Assembly: GCA_965214835.1 (NCBI GenBank)
Contig: CBDCCK010000002.1
Span: forward strand, 1,088,001-1,152,000
Origin: Nitrosopumilaceae archaeon
GTDB taxonomy: Archaea > Thermoproteota > Nitrososphaeria > Nitrososphaerales > Nitrosopumilaceae
Reading direction: 5' to 3'
Length of the DNA stretch: 64,000 nt
Shown here piece by piece: positions 40,092 through 49,571 of this stretch. How positions within the stretch are numbered: position 1 is the stretch's first letter; each line of letters begins with the position of its first letter. Below the pieces are notes generated by a model. It did not search any database. It was not told the origin of the DNA and saw only the letters and a program-made list of their open reading frames with translations. Made by a program: the position numbers and the translations under genes.

Positions 40092-40171
40092 AGACTTTAT
40101 GCGTAATCGACCTGAATGAGGCGAATTTGTTCGTAATAATCCCGGATCTGAACCGATTACGCATAAAGTCT
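40092..40171. mobile_element. 80-bp MITE family B copy
   Basis: Perfect TIR; 3-bp TSD TAT. Confidence 0.92.
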
Positions 40172-40649
40172 TATACTCTCATGCCTTCGATTATGGAAGT
40201 GTCCATTTTCTTTAATCCTCTGAATACTTTCTCACGGTCTCGAATCTCACCGTTCAATCTTTCCATCTTGTTGTTGTTTTTGTTACCCTGAATGTGAATG
40301 TGTCTAGTATGCATTGTATCTTTTCCAAACACTTTCTTGCTTGATTTCATATAAGCTTGTAATCCATCAGTGATGAAAATCTTGGGATTCTTGCCAGCTT
40401 GCTTCTTTGTCAGTTCTAATAGATTGTCTGCATTGTGATGAAATTTGTTATCTGCCATGTCACTAGCCAACCAGTATCTAGTATCATCATCCATTGAAGC
40501 AAATAGATAATTCTGTTTTCCAGCTACCTTTATCCAAGCCTCATCAGCTCGAAACCAGTCGCCAACCCTTGGTACTATTCCATTAAGATAAACAGAAGCC
40601 AGTTTGGGATAATCACAAACCCATCTATAGATAGTCATATGTGAAACCT

Positions 40650-40767
40650 GTAACAGGATATCCTCTAGCCAGAGTTGAAGCCATGTTCCTTACAGGATAG
40701 GCATGAAAACCACAACTGCAGGCAAATGTGTGCCTTATTGCTGCCTAGGCAGGGGCTGTCCTGTTAC
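40650..40767. mobile_element. IS66-type MITE family A copy
   Basis: GTAACAGGA...TCCTGTTAC; 8-bp TSD TGAAACCT. Confidence 0.92.
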
Positions 40768-41289
40768 TGAAACCTCAATTCCCATCATCTCATAGTGATT
40801 TGAAATGTCTCTTACACTCATTCCCGAATAATACATTTGAAGCGAACCTGTAACCACATTCTCATCAAACTGCTTTTTCTCAAATCCAATATTTTCAGAG
40901 AATTTCTTTTTACAGTCCAGACACTCAAAAATTCTGACCTTGCCATTCTTGTTCTTTCTGAATCCATCTTTTCTTAATCTGCCAGAATCACAATACTTGC
41001 ATAGCTTTAGTTGTGAGCGTTCCATGATTCTAAACTCGTTGTTTCCGTAACACTTGTTTTGCTTGATAATTTCTAAAACGATTTTGATGTGCTTACAGTC
41101 AGACTTTCTTATCTCATGATCCTTGCATTCACACCTAAGACCATTATCAGTCTTTGACACGATATAGAATTTTTCTGGATTGGTTTGTGATCTTACCTTG
41201 AACTTATCTGACTCAATCTGTGAACAGTGACCTTTATCTTCCATCATGGATTGAGCTCTTTGAGTTCGTGAATTCACGTAATAGTATTA

Positions 41290-41330
41290 TATCCGTACTA
41301 ATATAAAGTGTTCTATTATTAGTACGGATA
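41290..41330. promoter_or_regulatory. Palindromic operator between the divergent transposase and AbrB-like genes
   Basis: TATCCGTACTAATA-N13-TATTAGTACGGATA, perfect 14-bp inverted repeat among TATA-like boxes. Confidence 0.7.
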
Positions 41331-41361
41331 GATTTTTATATTAAATAGCAAGTTTGAAGAT

Positions 41362-41538
41362 ATGCCAAAATGGAAAATGGATGAAACAGAATTTTCAGTT
41401 AGTGTAAGTAATGATGGTAATGGAAGTAATGTCTGTAGAATTCCAAAACCAATTATGGAAAAAATGGGTCAACCAAACAGAATTAAATTCATAATCAAAG
41501 ATAAAAAAATTCTAGTATGCAAAGATGTGAAAAATTAA
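41362..41538 (+). CDS. 58-aa AbrB/SpoVT-like DNA-binding protein
   Basis: FSVSVSNDGNGSNVCRIPKPIMEKMGQPNRIKFIIKDKKILV swapped-hairpin pattern. Confidence 0.7.
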   Translation: MPKWKMDETEFSVSVSNDGNGSNVCRIPKPIMEKMGQPNRIKFIIKDKKILVCKDVKN

Positions 41539-41695
41539 AATGACTGCAAAACATAAGGCATCAGGCAAGGCTCAACAGTATATGTCAGCAACACGTGGAA
41601 CCATATGATGAACACATATGACACGAACCCCACAATCACATCGGTCTCAGTACCGTGACCACTTTTTTTTATTTTTTAATGACATGGTGTGAATA

Positions 41696-41995
41696 ATGAA
41701 AAGACTGAAGCTTTTATTCATACTGGGATTCGTGACATACTCCCAGATACCCATAATTGACACGCTGTTCTTGGACGAGTACGGATACCGCTTTACCATA
41801 CCCGGGGGAGAGACATACCTGTTCATTGCAGTCACCATTTTCTTTCTGATGGGCGGGAGGATGGAACCAGTGACCGAGCTTATAAAGTCCATTGGCATGA
41901 TAACTGGCATACTGGGAACAATGGGCGTGTGGACTGTGTTTGGTATACTGGCATACGGTATTGTGTATAGGTTGAGAAAAACATTCACTTCCTAA
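41696..41995 (+). CDS. Small membrane protein (cargo)
   Basis: Three hydrophobic segments; lies inside the IS6 TIRs. Confidence 0.6.
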   Translation: MKRLKLLFILGFVTYSQIPIIDTLFLDEYGYRFTIPGGETYLFIAVTIFFLMGGRMEPVTELIKSIGMITGILGTMGVWTVFGILAYGIVYRLRKTFTS

Positions 41996-42074
41996 AGTCC
42001 GTATTTCACCCCTCGAAGATGTTACAGAACCAAATTCCACTAGTTTTTTATGCATCATTGAAAATCAGACAATC

Positions 42075-42542
42075 ATGTTCACCAGGCGGACAATAATTGG
42101 AATCATTGCCGGGGCTATAATTATAGGAATTGGCGTTGCGGCGCTTGTTACGTCCATTGGCGTTCAGACCCTGAATATTGAGGAGACAATCGAGGTTGGA
42201 AAGTCTCTGCCGTATAACATAAACGGGCCAGAGGGTTCATCCCAGCACATGTACATAACTGGAGAAAAATTTGATCTCGAACTGGCCAGTCCTGCAGACG
42301 GACTGCAGATCCCACTAACCTCCTACAAGAACGAACTGACACTGGACTGGGTACATCTGGCAGGCGGCGTTACGGACATCAGGATACAAAATACCGGAAG
42401 CACCGAGCTTGATGTAAGGGCCACGCTGAACGTCTCCACCGATCCAATCCTGTTTGCATATCACTTTGTTGTAATTACTGCAGGCGTGATCATCATAGGA
42501 TTTAGTCTTGGCTTTAGCATTAGAAAGCCCAAAGGATTCTAA
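42075..42542 (+). CDS. Membrane-anchored hypothetical protein
   Basis: N- and C-terminal TM helices around a beta-rich domain. Confidence 0.8.
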   Translation: MFTRRTIIGIIAGAIIIGIGVAALVTSIGVQTLNIEETIEVGKSLPYNINGPEGSSQHMYITGEKFDLELASPADGLQIPLTSYKNELTLDWVHLAGGVTDIRIQNTGSTELDVRATLNVSTDPILFAYHFVVITAGVIIIGFSLGFSIRKPKGF

Positions 42543-43354
42543 TCGACTCTTGCTGCCCTGTAAGAGCCCAGACTTTTGAAGAACAGGGCCTCATTTCTGA
42601 TTTTTTCAATCATCTGTGACACCCTTGGATCCCTTTCGCTTCCTTCAAAATCAACATAAAAGTTGTACTCCCACGCCGTAGTCTTTGTCGGCCTCGACTC
42701 AATCTTGGTAAGGTTAATCCCGCCTTCATGGAACTTTTCAATTATTTTGTACAATGCGCCTCTTTCGTGCTTCACTGAAAATATCACCGACGTCTTGTTA
42801 TTCCCTGGATCGTCTGATTTTTCCCCGGATAGGATCAAAAATCGCGTATAGTTGCCGGTATTGTCTGCTATATTGCTCTCAACTACGGGCAGCTGGTGGA
42901 TGTCTGATGCCTGCTTGCTGGCAATGCAGGCAACGTTTTGCTGGCCTAGCTCCTTGACGATCCCAACACTGCCTGCCGTGTCATAGGTCGGCACCGTCCT
43001 CATGTTGTGTGACTGGATGAACTTTCTGCACTGTCCTAGTGCCTGTGGATGTGAGTATACCGTGTCGATTTGGCCTAGTTTGCCACTGCCGATCAGGCAG
43101 TGCTCTATCTTGTGGTATTTCTCCCCGACTACGTTGAGAGCAGTCGAATAGAGCAAGTCGTTACTCTCTCCGACACTCCCTTCTATGGAGTTTTCTACCG
43201 GCAAAACTGCATAGTCTGTCTTGTTGTCAGCAACGGATTCCAAAACCTCGGCAAACGTTGCACATGGAAGGGTCCGAATGTGCTTGCCAAAGAATGACAT
43301 GGCAGCAGCCTCGCTGTATGCGCCTCGTTCGCCTTGGAACGAAACGCTGGTCAT
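42539..43354 (-). CDS. pheA: Prephenate dehydratase
   Basis: FQGERGAYS, PVENSIEG, SHPQALGQC, NYTRF, ACT domain KIESRP. Confidence 0.96.
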   Translation of the reverse strand: MTSVSFQGERGAYSEAAAMSFFGKHIRTLPCATFAEVLESVADNKTDYAVLPVENSIEGSVGESNDLLYSTALNVVGEKYHKIEHCLIGSGKLGQIDTVYSHPQALGQCRKFIQSHNMRTVPTYDTAGSVGIVKELGQQNVACIASKQASDIHQLPVVESNIADNTGNYTRFLILSGEKSDDPGNNKTSVIFSVKHERGALYKIIEKFHEGGINLTKIESRPTKTTAWEYNFYVDFEGSERDPRVSQMIEKIRNEALFFKSLGSYRAARVD

Positions 43355-43360
43355 TTCAGA

Positions 43361-43900
43361 TCAGTCCAGAAATATCGCTTTGCCAAAATCACTGGAAAGT
43401 TTTCTGTCGTCAATCCAAGAGCATTCCTTGCATTTTATTGCATCTCTGTATGGAAGGACCCTTTGTCCGCACTTTCTGCATTTTGTGAATAACACGCCCA
43501 AGCTTGACTCGTTCATGGCCGCATGCAGCGTTCCGTTGTTTAAGCTAATGATTTTCAATGTGATCATATCGTTTACCAGGGCCACGGTTCTCTTTCTGAT
43601 GTTTCTTGTAGAACAGATGCACTCTATTCCTGCCTTTGTTCGGACTCCGTTGATATAGTCCACACTCACTGCAATCATGGACGACATGACTGCTGCCACG
43701 GTACCAATAACAATATCTCCTGCCTTTGGAGCCAGCTGCTTTTGCGTCTTGATAACTGTGGCAATTCTTTCTTTTTTGTCCATGTTTACTGTGCCTACGA
43801 CTGCAGCACGGACCATGTTCCCATCATCAAAGGTGTTCTCTCCTGCCTCAAACTCCTCAATTGAGGCAATTTTCTCACCGGGGAGCGTAGTGCTTGGCAT
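43361..43900 (-). CDS. csl4: Exosome complex RNA-binding protein Csl4
   Basis: LPGEKIA, S1 domain, LGVL.TKC..C...C..C...DRKLS. Confidence 0.92.
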   Translation of the reverse strand: MPSTTLPGEKIASIEEFEAGENTFDDGNMVRAAVVGTVNMDKKERIATVIKTQKQLAPKAGDIVIGTVAAVMSSMIAVSVDYINGVRTKAGIECICSTRNIRKRTVALVNDMITLKIISLNNGTLHAAMNESSLGVLFTKCRKCGQRVLPYRDAIKCKECSWIDDRKLSSDFGKAIFLD

Positions 43901-44031
43901 GCTAAACCGTCGATTGTGATTAATTATAATTGTTTATGGGTTGGATATGTCAGAATTGTGGGGTATTTTTGGTGTACATACTATTCCCCTGCGTAAAACG
44001 ATAGTCTCCCCCCCTGCCCTGACTGCGACGC

Positions 44032-44397
44032 AGCTTGTTGCACAACCCTGCCTGCAAAACCGGAACTTGTCAAAAAACCACCACGCAGCCAAAGGCACTG
44101 CTTGACGGGGCGCCCAAGAGCATCGAGGCAGATGCGCAGCAGGGCGGCCACGATAGCACGGGTGTGGCCCAGAGCCCCAGCATACTTCATATGGGATCTC
44201 GCTGCTGGCCCTGCCTAGTACAGGCAAGGATCAGAGCGTGCCGGGCAAGATCCTGCTTGCAGGGGACAGATACGGTTCAAGGAAAAGCATCGCCGAGTGC
44301 CACAAGCGCCGTAAAGCCACTCATACGGCTTTTGACAATCTGTACTGCAAGGGGCAAGGACAACGGCGATGAGCAAGACATCCCAGTTCCAGACTAA
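44032..44397 (+). pseudogene. Internally deleted IS5 (IS903-like) remnant
   Basis: Starts AGCTTGTTGCACAAC; 44230-44370 resembles the GKIMLADGGYGSRKNVAECHKR region of 11756-12403. Confidence 0.7.
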
Positions 44398-44417
44398 AAA
44401 TTGATATTAAACAGACT

Positions 44418-45503
44418 GTGCCATCAGTTTTTGTGAAAGCCCTAGTTTACGATGAGTATTGCAAAGATGATGACTTTGCAAGCATACTGAAGATCAAGGA
44501 CATTCCAGAGCCGGCTCCCAAGCCTAACGAGGTTGTTTTTCGTGTAAGGGCTGCGGCATTAAATTATGATGATATTTGGGGCATGCGCGGAAGACCCCTT
44601 AAAGTTCCCCTACCGCATATCTCTGGAACTGATGCTGCAGGAGAGGTAACTGCAATAGGCGAGGATGTGAAGAACATCAGGGTCGGAGACCGGGTAGTAT
44701 CCCATGGAAACATGTCGTGCAGAGTGTGCAAGCGGTGTACAAGCGGAAGAGAGTTTGATTGTAAAAAAAGGATCATTTGGGGATTTCAAACCGGTCCATT
44801 GTGGGGAGGGTATTGTGAAGTCACCAACCTGCCGGAGGTAAATGTCGTAAAAATCCCTGAAAATATTTCCTATGATGATGCAGCGGCCGCATCGATGACC
44901 CTGCTGACCTCGTGGCATATGCTGGTCGGTAGAGCAAAAATCCAACCGGGACAGGCTGTTTTGATCATGGGCGGAGGCTCGGGGGTCGGAAACTTTGGAA
45001 TTCAGATTGCAAAACTGTACGGCTGTACGGTCATTGCCACTGCTAGTCCGGACAAGCTTGGCCAGCTATTGGAACTGGGGGCAGATTATGCGGTGGATCA
45101 CAGAAAGGAGGACTGGGACAAGGAGGTATGGGAAATCTCCAAGGTGCTGGCCAAAGAGTCTGATGGGACGCCAGGATTGGACATGGTCTTTGAGCACATT
45201 GGAGGCTCTCACTGGAACAAGGAGCTCAGGCTACTCAGGTATGGAGCCACCATCGTTACGACCGGGGCAACGACCGGATATGATGCCCCGACCGATCTGC
45301 GGCATATTTTCTTTAAGGGAATCAACATCTTGGGCTCAACGCAGGGAACTAGGGCAGAACTTGAGCAGGGACTGTACTGGATGTCTCAGGGAAAAATCAA
45401 GGCAATAGTTGATTCCGTATATCCGCTTGAAAGGGCGGTGGACGCTCACAACAAAATGCTGACCGGGAAGGGGCTGTTTGGAAAGATTGTCATGCGTCCA
45501 TGA
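44418..45503 (+). CDS. Zn-binding medium-chain dehydrogenase/reductase
   Basis: PHISGTDAAG, structural-Zn CRVCKRC...C, GGGSGVG. Confidence 0.92.
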   Translation: MPSVFVKALVYDEYCKDDDFASILKIKDIPEPAPKPNEVVFRVRAAALNYDDIWGMRGRPLKVPLPHISGTDAAGEVTAIGEDVKNIRVGDRVVSHGNMSCRVCKRCTSGREFDCKKRIIWGFQTGPLWGGYCEVTNLPEVNVVKIPENISYDDAAAASMTLLTSWHMLVGRAKIQPGQAVLIMGGGSGVGNFGIQIAKLYGCTVIATASPDKLGQLLELGADYAVDHRKEDWDKEVWEISKVLAKESDGTPGLDMVFEHIGGSHWNKELRLLRYGATIVTTGATTGYDAPTDLRHIFFKGINILGSTQGTRAELEQGLYWMSQGKIKAIVDSVYPLERAVDAHNKMLTGKGLFGKIVMRP

Positions 45504-45659
45504 CCTCAGATCCTAAAATCAACTCATTGTTATGGTGGCGATCAAAGGTTCTTGAATGCACGTGTGGTGCGTACAAAGTACGTAGTCACCTCCACCCAAC
45601 CCATCTGGGCACCAGCTTGCACAAAGTTGTGATTTTTACGCTTGGCCAGCAGGGGGGAC

Positions 45660-45867
45660 GTGGCCTCGTACCAAAAAACACCCACAGTTTTGACACCTCG
45701 TGCTTTAAAAAAAATGATCGACTTTCAACTGTACGCATTGTGGGCATGAACTGCGCAAGAAGACGTTTTTTGATGATCAAAGACTTTCAATCACCACTAT
45801 GCGCATTTGCCAAAAATGACGTAAAAACCGCTTGGTTTTTTTGATCTGTACAGATTACGCAAAGTCT
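45660..45867 (-). repeat. MITE B-related end with extended homology to about 31236-31410
   Basis: Reverse complement begins AGACTTTGCGTAATC and aligns in blocks with the 31.2-31.4 kb region. Confidence 0.6.
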
Positions 45868-45908
45868 AGCATATGCAAAGAGAGGTTTTTCAGGCTGGTA
45901 AGTGGATC

Positions 45909-46904
45909 CTAAAGCCAGTGTGGAGTCTGCAGATATCCCTCAATGGGTTCCCTCCGTAGTACCTTGAGTAATGCATTTGCCTGTGGCGTGGAGAGCAGCG
46001 GCATGTCAAACCGGTTGTCCGTAGAGATCCTCGGGCATGCGACCTGAATAAAGGCATCAATTCCCTTCAGGTTTCGAAGCCTTTCGTTCGTAATGTCTGT
46101 CAGGGCAAACAAATGGACCGTTTTTCCCTCCTTTTCGAGCTCCCTTTTGAATTTTAGCCCCGCCGTTTTTGACAGCTGGCCCTCCTTGAGTCCCACGATC
46201 ACCCCGAATGTTTGTGCCTCGGCTGCCTTGTAGACTGCAAGCGTTGCCTTTTTCTGAAGCTTTTGTGCAAACTCGGTGATCTCCCTTACCTCGTTAAAGT
46301 ACGGATCCAAAACGTATGTAGGCCTGTTGGTGGAAAGCGCGATTCCTGATGCGTGAAAATTACTCTGTCCCAAAAACACGTTTACGTCTGCAGCCTCCGT
46401 GCCCTCCATTGCAGGATAAAACTCGCAGCCAAATACCTGGCCGTCATTTAGCTGTCCTTTTCCGGTTCCGATCTTTACTGCGATGCCGTTTTCCTCAAAG
46501 ATTCCTTTGACCTTGTCTACCTCGTGCAGGTGCTGGCTGTCAGTTAGCAGCGAAATGGTTTTTCCCCTCAACTCTGACGCGCATTTTTGTGCGACACTGT
46601 CAAAAGCGACGTCGTCAAAGGCATCAATCAGGTAAACCCCCTCCTCATACATCTCGGTATTGATGGTATGGCCTACATTGAACAGAATCTCGGCAGAAAG
46701 AACCCTTGCCCCGTTTGTATTCAGATCACATGTTCCCCACGTCGTGTCTGCTAGGACGTATGCAGGAATTCCAAACCGCCTCATGATGTTTTGAGCCGCT
46801 TGCTGAACCTGCGGAATCATTCCGTCCGGACCGTTTAGTGCCACAGATGCGGGCTTTTTCTCAGCAATGATCTCAAATATCCGCTCCTCGTCTATTACTA
46901 TCAA
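45909..46904 (-). CDS. dph2: Diphthamide biosynthesis enzyme Dph2
   Basis: WGTCD, GQVFGC, ACPRIS. Confidence 0.94.
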   Translation of the reverse strand: MIVIDEERIFEIIAEKKPASVALNGPDGMIPQVQQAAQNIMRRFGIPAYVLADTTWGTCDLNTNGARVLSAEILFNVGHTINTEMYEEGVYLIDAFDDVAFDSVAQKCASELRGKTISLLTDSQHLHEVDKVKGIFEENGIAVKIGTGKGQLNDGQVFGCEFYPAMEGTEAADVNVFLGQSNFHASGIALSTNRPTYVLDPYFNEVREITEFAQKLQKKATLAVYKAAEAQTFGVIVGLKEGQLSKTAGLKFKRELEKEGKTVHLFALTDITNERLRNLKGIDAFIQVACPRISTDNRFDMPLLSTPQANALLKVLRREPIEGYLQTPHWL

Positions 46905-46946
46905 TTTTAGATCAAGGCCCTAAGGTTTTAATTTAAACCAACCTAG

Positions 46947-48299
46947 GTGAAAAGCCACAAATGTATCGTAATTCCACCCAATCCATTGAAAAATGACTGC
47001 ATCCTCAGCATTGGATTTGACGACACTGACTCACCAGGCGGAATGTGTACGACGTATCTTGCCTACAAGGCTGTAGGCGCAATACAAAAGGATGCAGTGT
47101 TCCTAGATTATCCCAGACTTGTTCGCCTCAACCCGAACATTCCATGGAAAACCAGAGGCAACGGCGCCGTTTCTTTGAAGGTCAAAACAAAAAATCCCGC
47201 ACGGATCAAAAGCAAAATCACTGGACTAGTCAGGCGGTACTCGGACACAAGGCACGGGGCAAATCCCGGACTGGTCTTTTATGAAAACTCAGAAATTCCC
47301 TCCGAGTTTCGGGATTTTAGCGAGGCTGCTCTGTGGCGCCTGATTCGCCGCGACAGCGCAAAAAAATTTGCGGACAGGCACGGCCTTGACGCGTTTCACT
47401 TGGGAAACGGGCAGGGACTAGTCGGCGCAATCGGCGCAATCGGCTATCAGTTCAACGATTCCACCGTGGAGCTTCTAAGCTATAGAAAAAAGTCCATGTT
47501 TGGCAAAAGGCGTGAGATTTCTGCTCGCAGCGTGCAAAAAATGCAGAGTGCAAATCCCCAGACCTTTAGCAGCTATGATACAAAAAAGAAAAAAATCCTG
47601 ATGGCGCCTCACGGCCCTGATCCGGTTTTTTACGGCCTGCGTGGGGAAAGTCCTCTGTCTGTATGGAAGGCATCTAAAGCCATTGAGTTTGATGAAGAGC
47701 TTGACGGCCATATGATCTTCAGGTCAAACCAGGGTACCGGCGATCATCTGAAAAACAAAATTGATGTACACAGGCTAGATCCGTACACCTCTGGGATTGT
47801 GGACGGAACGATTTCAAGACGTCCCATCATGCATCCCGGGGGACATGCTGCCTTTTCGCTGAATTCCAGAGGCGTTGATGTAAAATGTGCCGTCTACAAG
47901 CCAACCGGACTTTCCCCGATTGCCATGGAGCTAATCACAGGTGACAAAGTTCGCATTGGGGGCGGTGTCAGAAAATCCACCCGCAGTTATCCCCGCATAG
48001 TCAACGTCGAGTTCATTGAAGTACGAGGACTGTCTGCCAAACAAGCCATTTCAAACCCATCCTGCAAAAAGTGTGGCAAAAATATGAAGTCAAAGGGCAG
48101 AAACCAGGGATTCTCCTGCTCTAGGTGCAGTACGTATGCTGCCAAAAAAACCACAAAAAGGATTTCACGGGACTTGAAGAAAAAGCAGTACATCCCGGTC
48201 GTCTCGGCCCACCGCCATCTGACACGGCCCGTACAGCGACAGAACAAACCAAACAAGATCAGTTTTGACGAATCGATCCCCTGGTTTGCATCCTATTAG
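46947..48299 (+). CDS. tiaS: tRNA(Ile2) agmatinylcytidine synthetase
   Basis: GFDDTDSPGGMCTTY, NPNIPWKTRGNGA, PHGPDPVFYGLRG, C-terminal Zn ribbon. Confidence 0.95.
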   Translation: MKSHKCIVIPPNPLKNDCILSIGFDDTDSPGGMCTTYLAYKAVGAIQKDAVFLDYPRLVRLNPNIPWKTRGNGAVSLKVKTKNPARIKSKITGLVRRYSDTRHGANPGLVFYENSEIPSEFRDFSEAALWRLIRRDSAKKFADRHGLDAFHLGNGQGLVGAIGAIGYQFNDSTVELLSYRKKSMFGKRREISARSVQKMQSANPQTFSSYDTKKKKILMAPHGPDPVFYGLRGESPLSVWKASKAIEFDEELDGHMIFRSNQGTGDHLKNKIDVHRLDPYTSGIVDGTISRRPIMHPGGHAAFSLNSRGVDVKCAVYKPTGLSPIAMELITGDKVRIGGGVRKSTRSYPRIVNVEFIEVRGLSAKQAISNPSCKKCGKNMKSKGRNQGFSCSRCSTYAAKKTTKRISRDLKKKQYIPVVSAHRHLTRPVQRQNKPNKISFDESIPWFASY

Positions 48300-48304
48300 A
48301 AAAG

Positions 48305-48394
48305 TAGCGGGGAGTAGATTTGAACTACTGATTTGCGGGTTATGAGCCCGCCGGGATGACTTTGCCCAAAAGCGTCTGACTTCCCCACCCCGCT
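48305..48394 (-). tRNA. Initiator tRNA-Met(CAT) with a 15-nt D-loop intron (48361-48375)
   Basis: A1-U72, GCGGG-CTCATAA-CCCGC arm; removing ACGCTTTTGGGCAAA restores D loop AGTCAGGTCA. Confidence 0.92.
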
Positions 48395-48475
48395 GGATCA
48401 ACAATCCATCTGGGCAGTATATACGAGTTATCAAATTCTTGAAAGTAATTAATATGATTCGTCAAAACCGACTTT

Positions 48476-49570
48476 GTGGATAAAAAACTTCGCATCATGG
48501 GCATTGCTGCAGCAGTAGCTGCCGCAGTCGTAATAATGAGCTCCCCGGGCGCACCCCCCCCGCTTCCTGATCCTGCCACAACAGGCCAGGGAAACGAGTC
48601 GGTGGAGGTATTGGCAGCACATCTGGAAAACCCACAGGCGTTGGCCTTTGGCGATGACAGGGTTTTCCTGACAGAAAAGCCCGGACGAATTAGGGTCTTG
48701 GAGGATGAATCGCTGCTAGAAAAGCCCCTTGCCACATTTAGGGTCCCCGACGTCTTTGATGGCGGCCTGTTGGGCATTCAGACGCATCCTGACTTTGAGG
48801 ACAATCATCACCTGTATGTCTACCATACCTATGTGGAGGACGGCTCGCTTTGGAACAAAGTAACCAGGGTCACAGAAGCCGACAATCGACTAGTTAAGGC
48901 AGAGACCATTGTAGACAAAATTCCCGGCTCTCAGTTTAGCAATGGGGGGATAATCAAGTTTGGACCCGACGGGAAGCTCTATGTTGCCACGGGATCCGTC
49001 TCTGACTCGTCTCACATGCCGCAGGATCCAAACTCACTGGCAGGAAAAATTCTAAGACTAAACGATGACGGAACCATCCCTGAGACAAATCCGATTCATG
49101 ACTCTGCAGTATATGCCCTAGGGTTTAGGAATCCGCAGGGTATGGCGTGGGATGCGGCAGGCAATTTTTACATGACTGACATGGGGCCGACAAAGAGCGA
49201 TGAAATCAACCTGGTGCTCCCGGGCAGAAACTATGGCTGGCCTGAACAGGAATGCGCCGGCGGGGGGTATGAGGACTCTATCCTCTGCTATGATCCCGCA
49301 ATAGAGCCGGGAGGAATTATAGTTTATGACGGCGACTTGCTTGATTTTAAGGGAAAGCTAGTCATGACTGCACTTCGAGCATCAAACCTCTACGTCGTCG
49401 ATCTTGAAAACCCAAGCCTTCAGACACAGGACATTATTCTCAGCGGAACGGGACGCATTCGCGATGTTGCACAGGCCCCTGACGGGAGCCTCTATATCCT
49501 GACCTCAAACACGGATGGAAAAGGTTTTCCGGCAGATGATGATGACAGACTGTTGAGGATAGTGCGGTAA
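48476..49570 (+). CDS. PQQ-dependent glucose/sorbosone dehydrogenase family protein
   Basis: N-terminal anchor, GGLLGI..HPDF, FGPDGKLY, G.RNPQG, NYGWP. Confidence 0.92.
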   Translation: MDKKLRIMGIAAAVAAAVVIMSSPGAPPPLPDPATTGQGNESVEVLAAHLENPQALAFGDDRVFLTEKPGRIRVLEDESLLEKPLATFRVPDVFDGGLLGIQTHPDFEDNHHLYVYHTYVEDGSLWNKVTRVTEADNRLVKAETIVDKIPGSQFSNGGIIKFGPDGKLYVATGSVSDSSHMPQDPNSLAGKILRLNDDGTIPETNPIHDSAVYALGFRNPQGMAWDAAGNFYMTDMGPTKSDEINLVLPGRNYGWPEQECAGGGYEDSILCYDPAIEPGGIIVYDGDLLDFKGKLVMTALRASNLYVVDLENPSLQTQDIILSGTGRIRDVAQAPDGSLYILTSNTDGKGFPADDDDRLLRIVR

Positions 49571-49571
49571 A

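Larger units (their letters stand above)
39956..41277 (-). pseudogene. IS6-family SWIM/Zn-ribbon/DDE transposase split by two MITEs
   Basis: CECKD...CKHI, CKYC...CLDC, FRADEAWIK, ITDGL, NNKMERLNG; frame restored when both MITEs are removed. Confidence 0.9.
39903..42031. mobile_element. IS6-family cargo element (transposase, AbrB-like gene, membrane protein)
   Basis: 22-bp perfect TIR GGTTCTGTAACATCTTCGAGGG; 8-bp TSD AAATTCCA. Confidence 0.92.

Noticed and set aside
23267-40171. 80-bp palindromic repeats as CRISPR repeats
   Set aside because: Dispersed, with TIRs and TSDs, no spacer array and no cas genes
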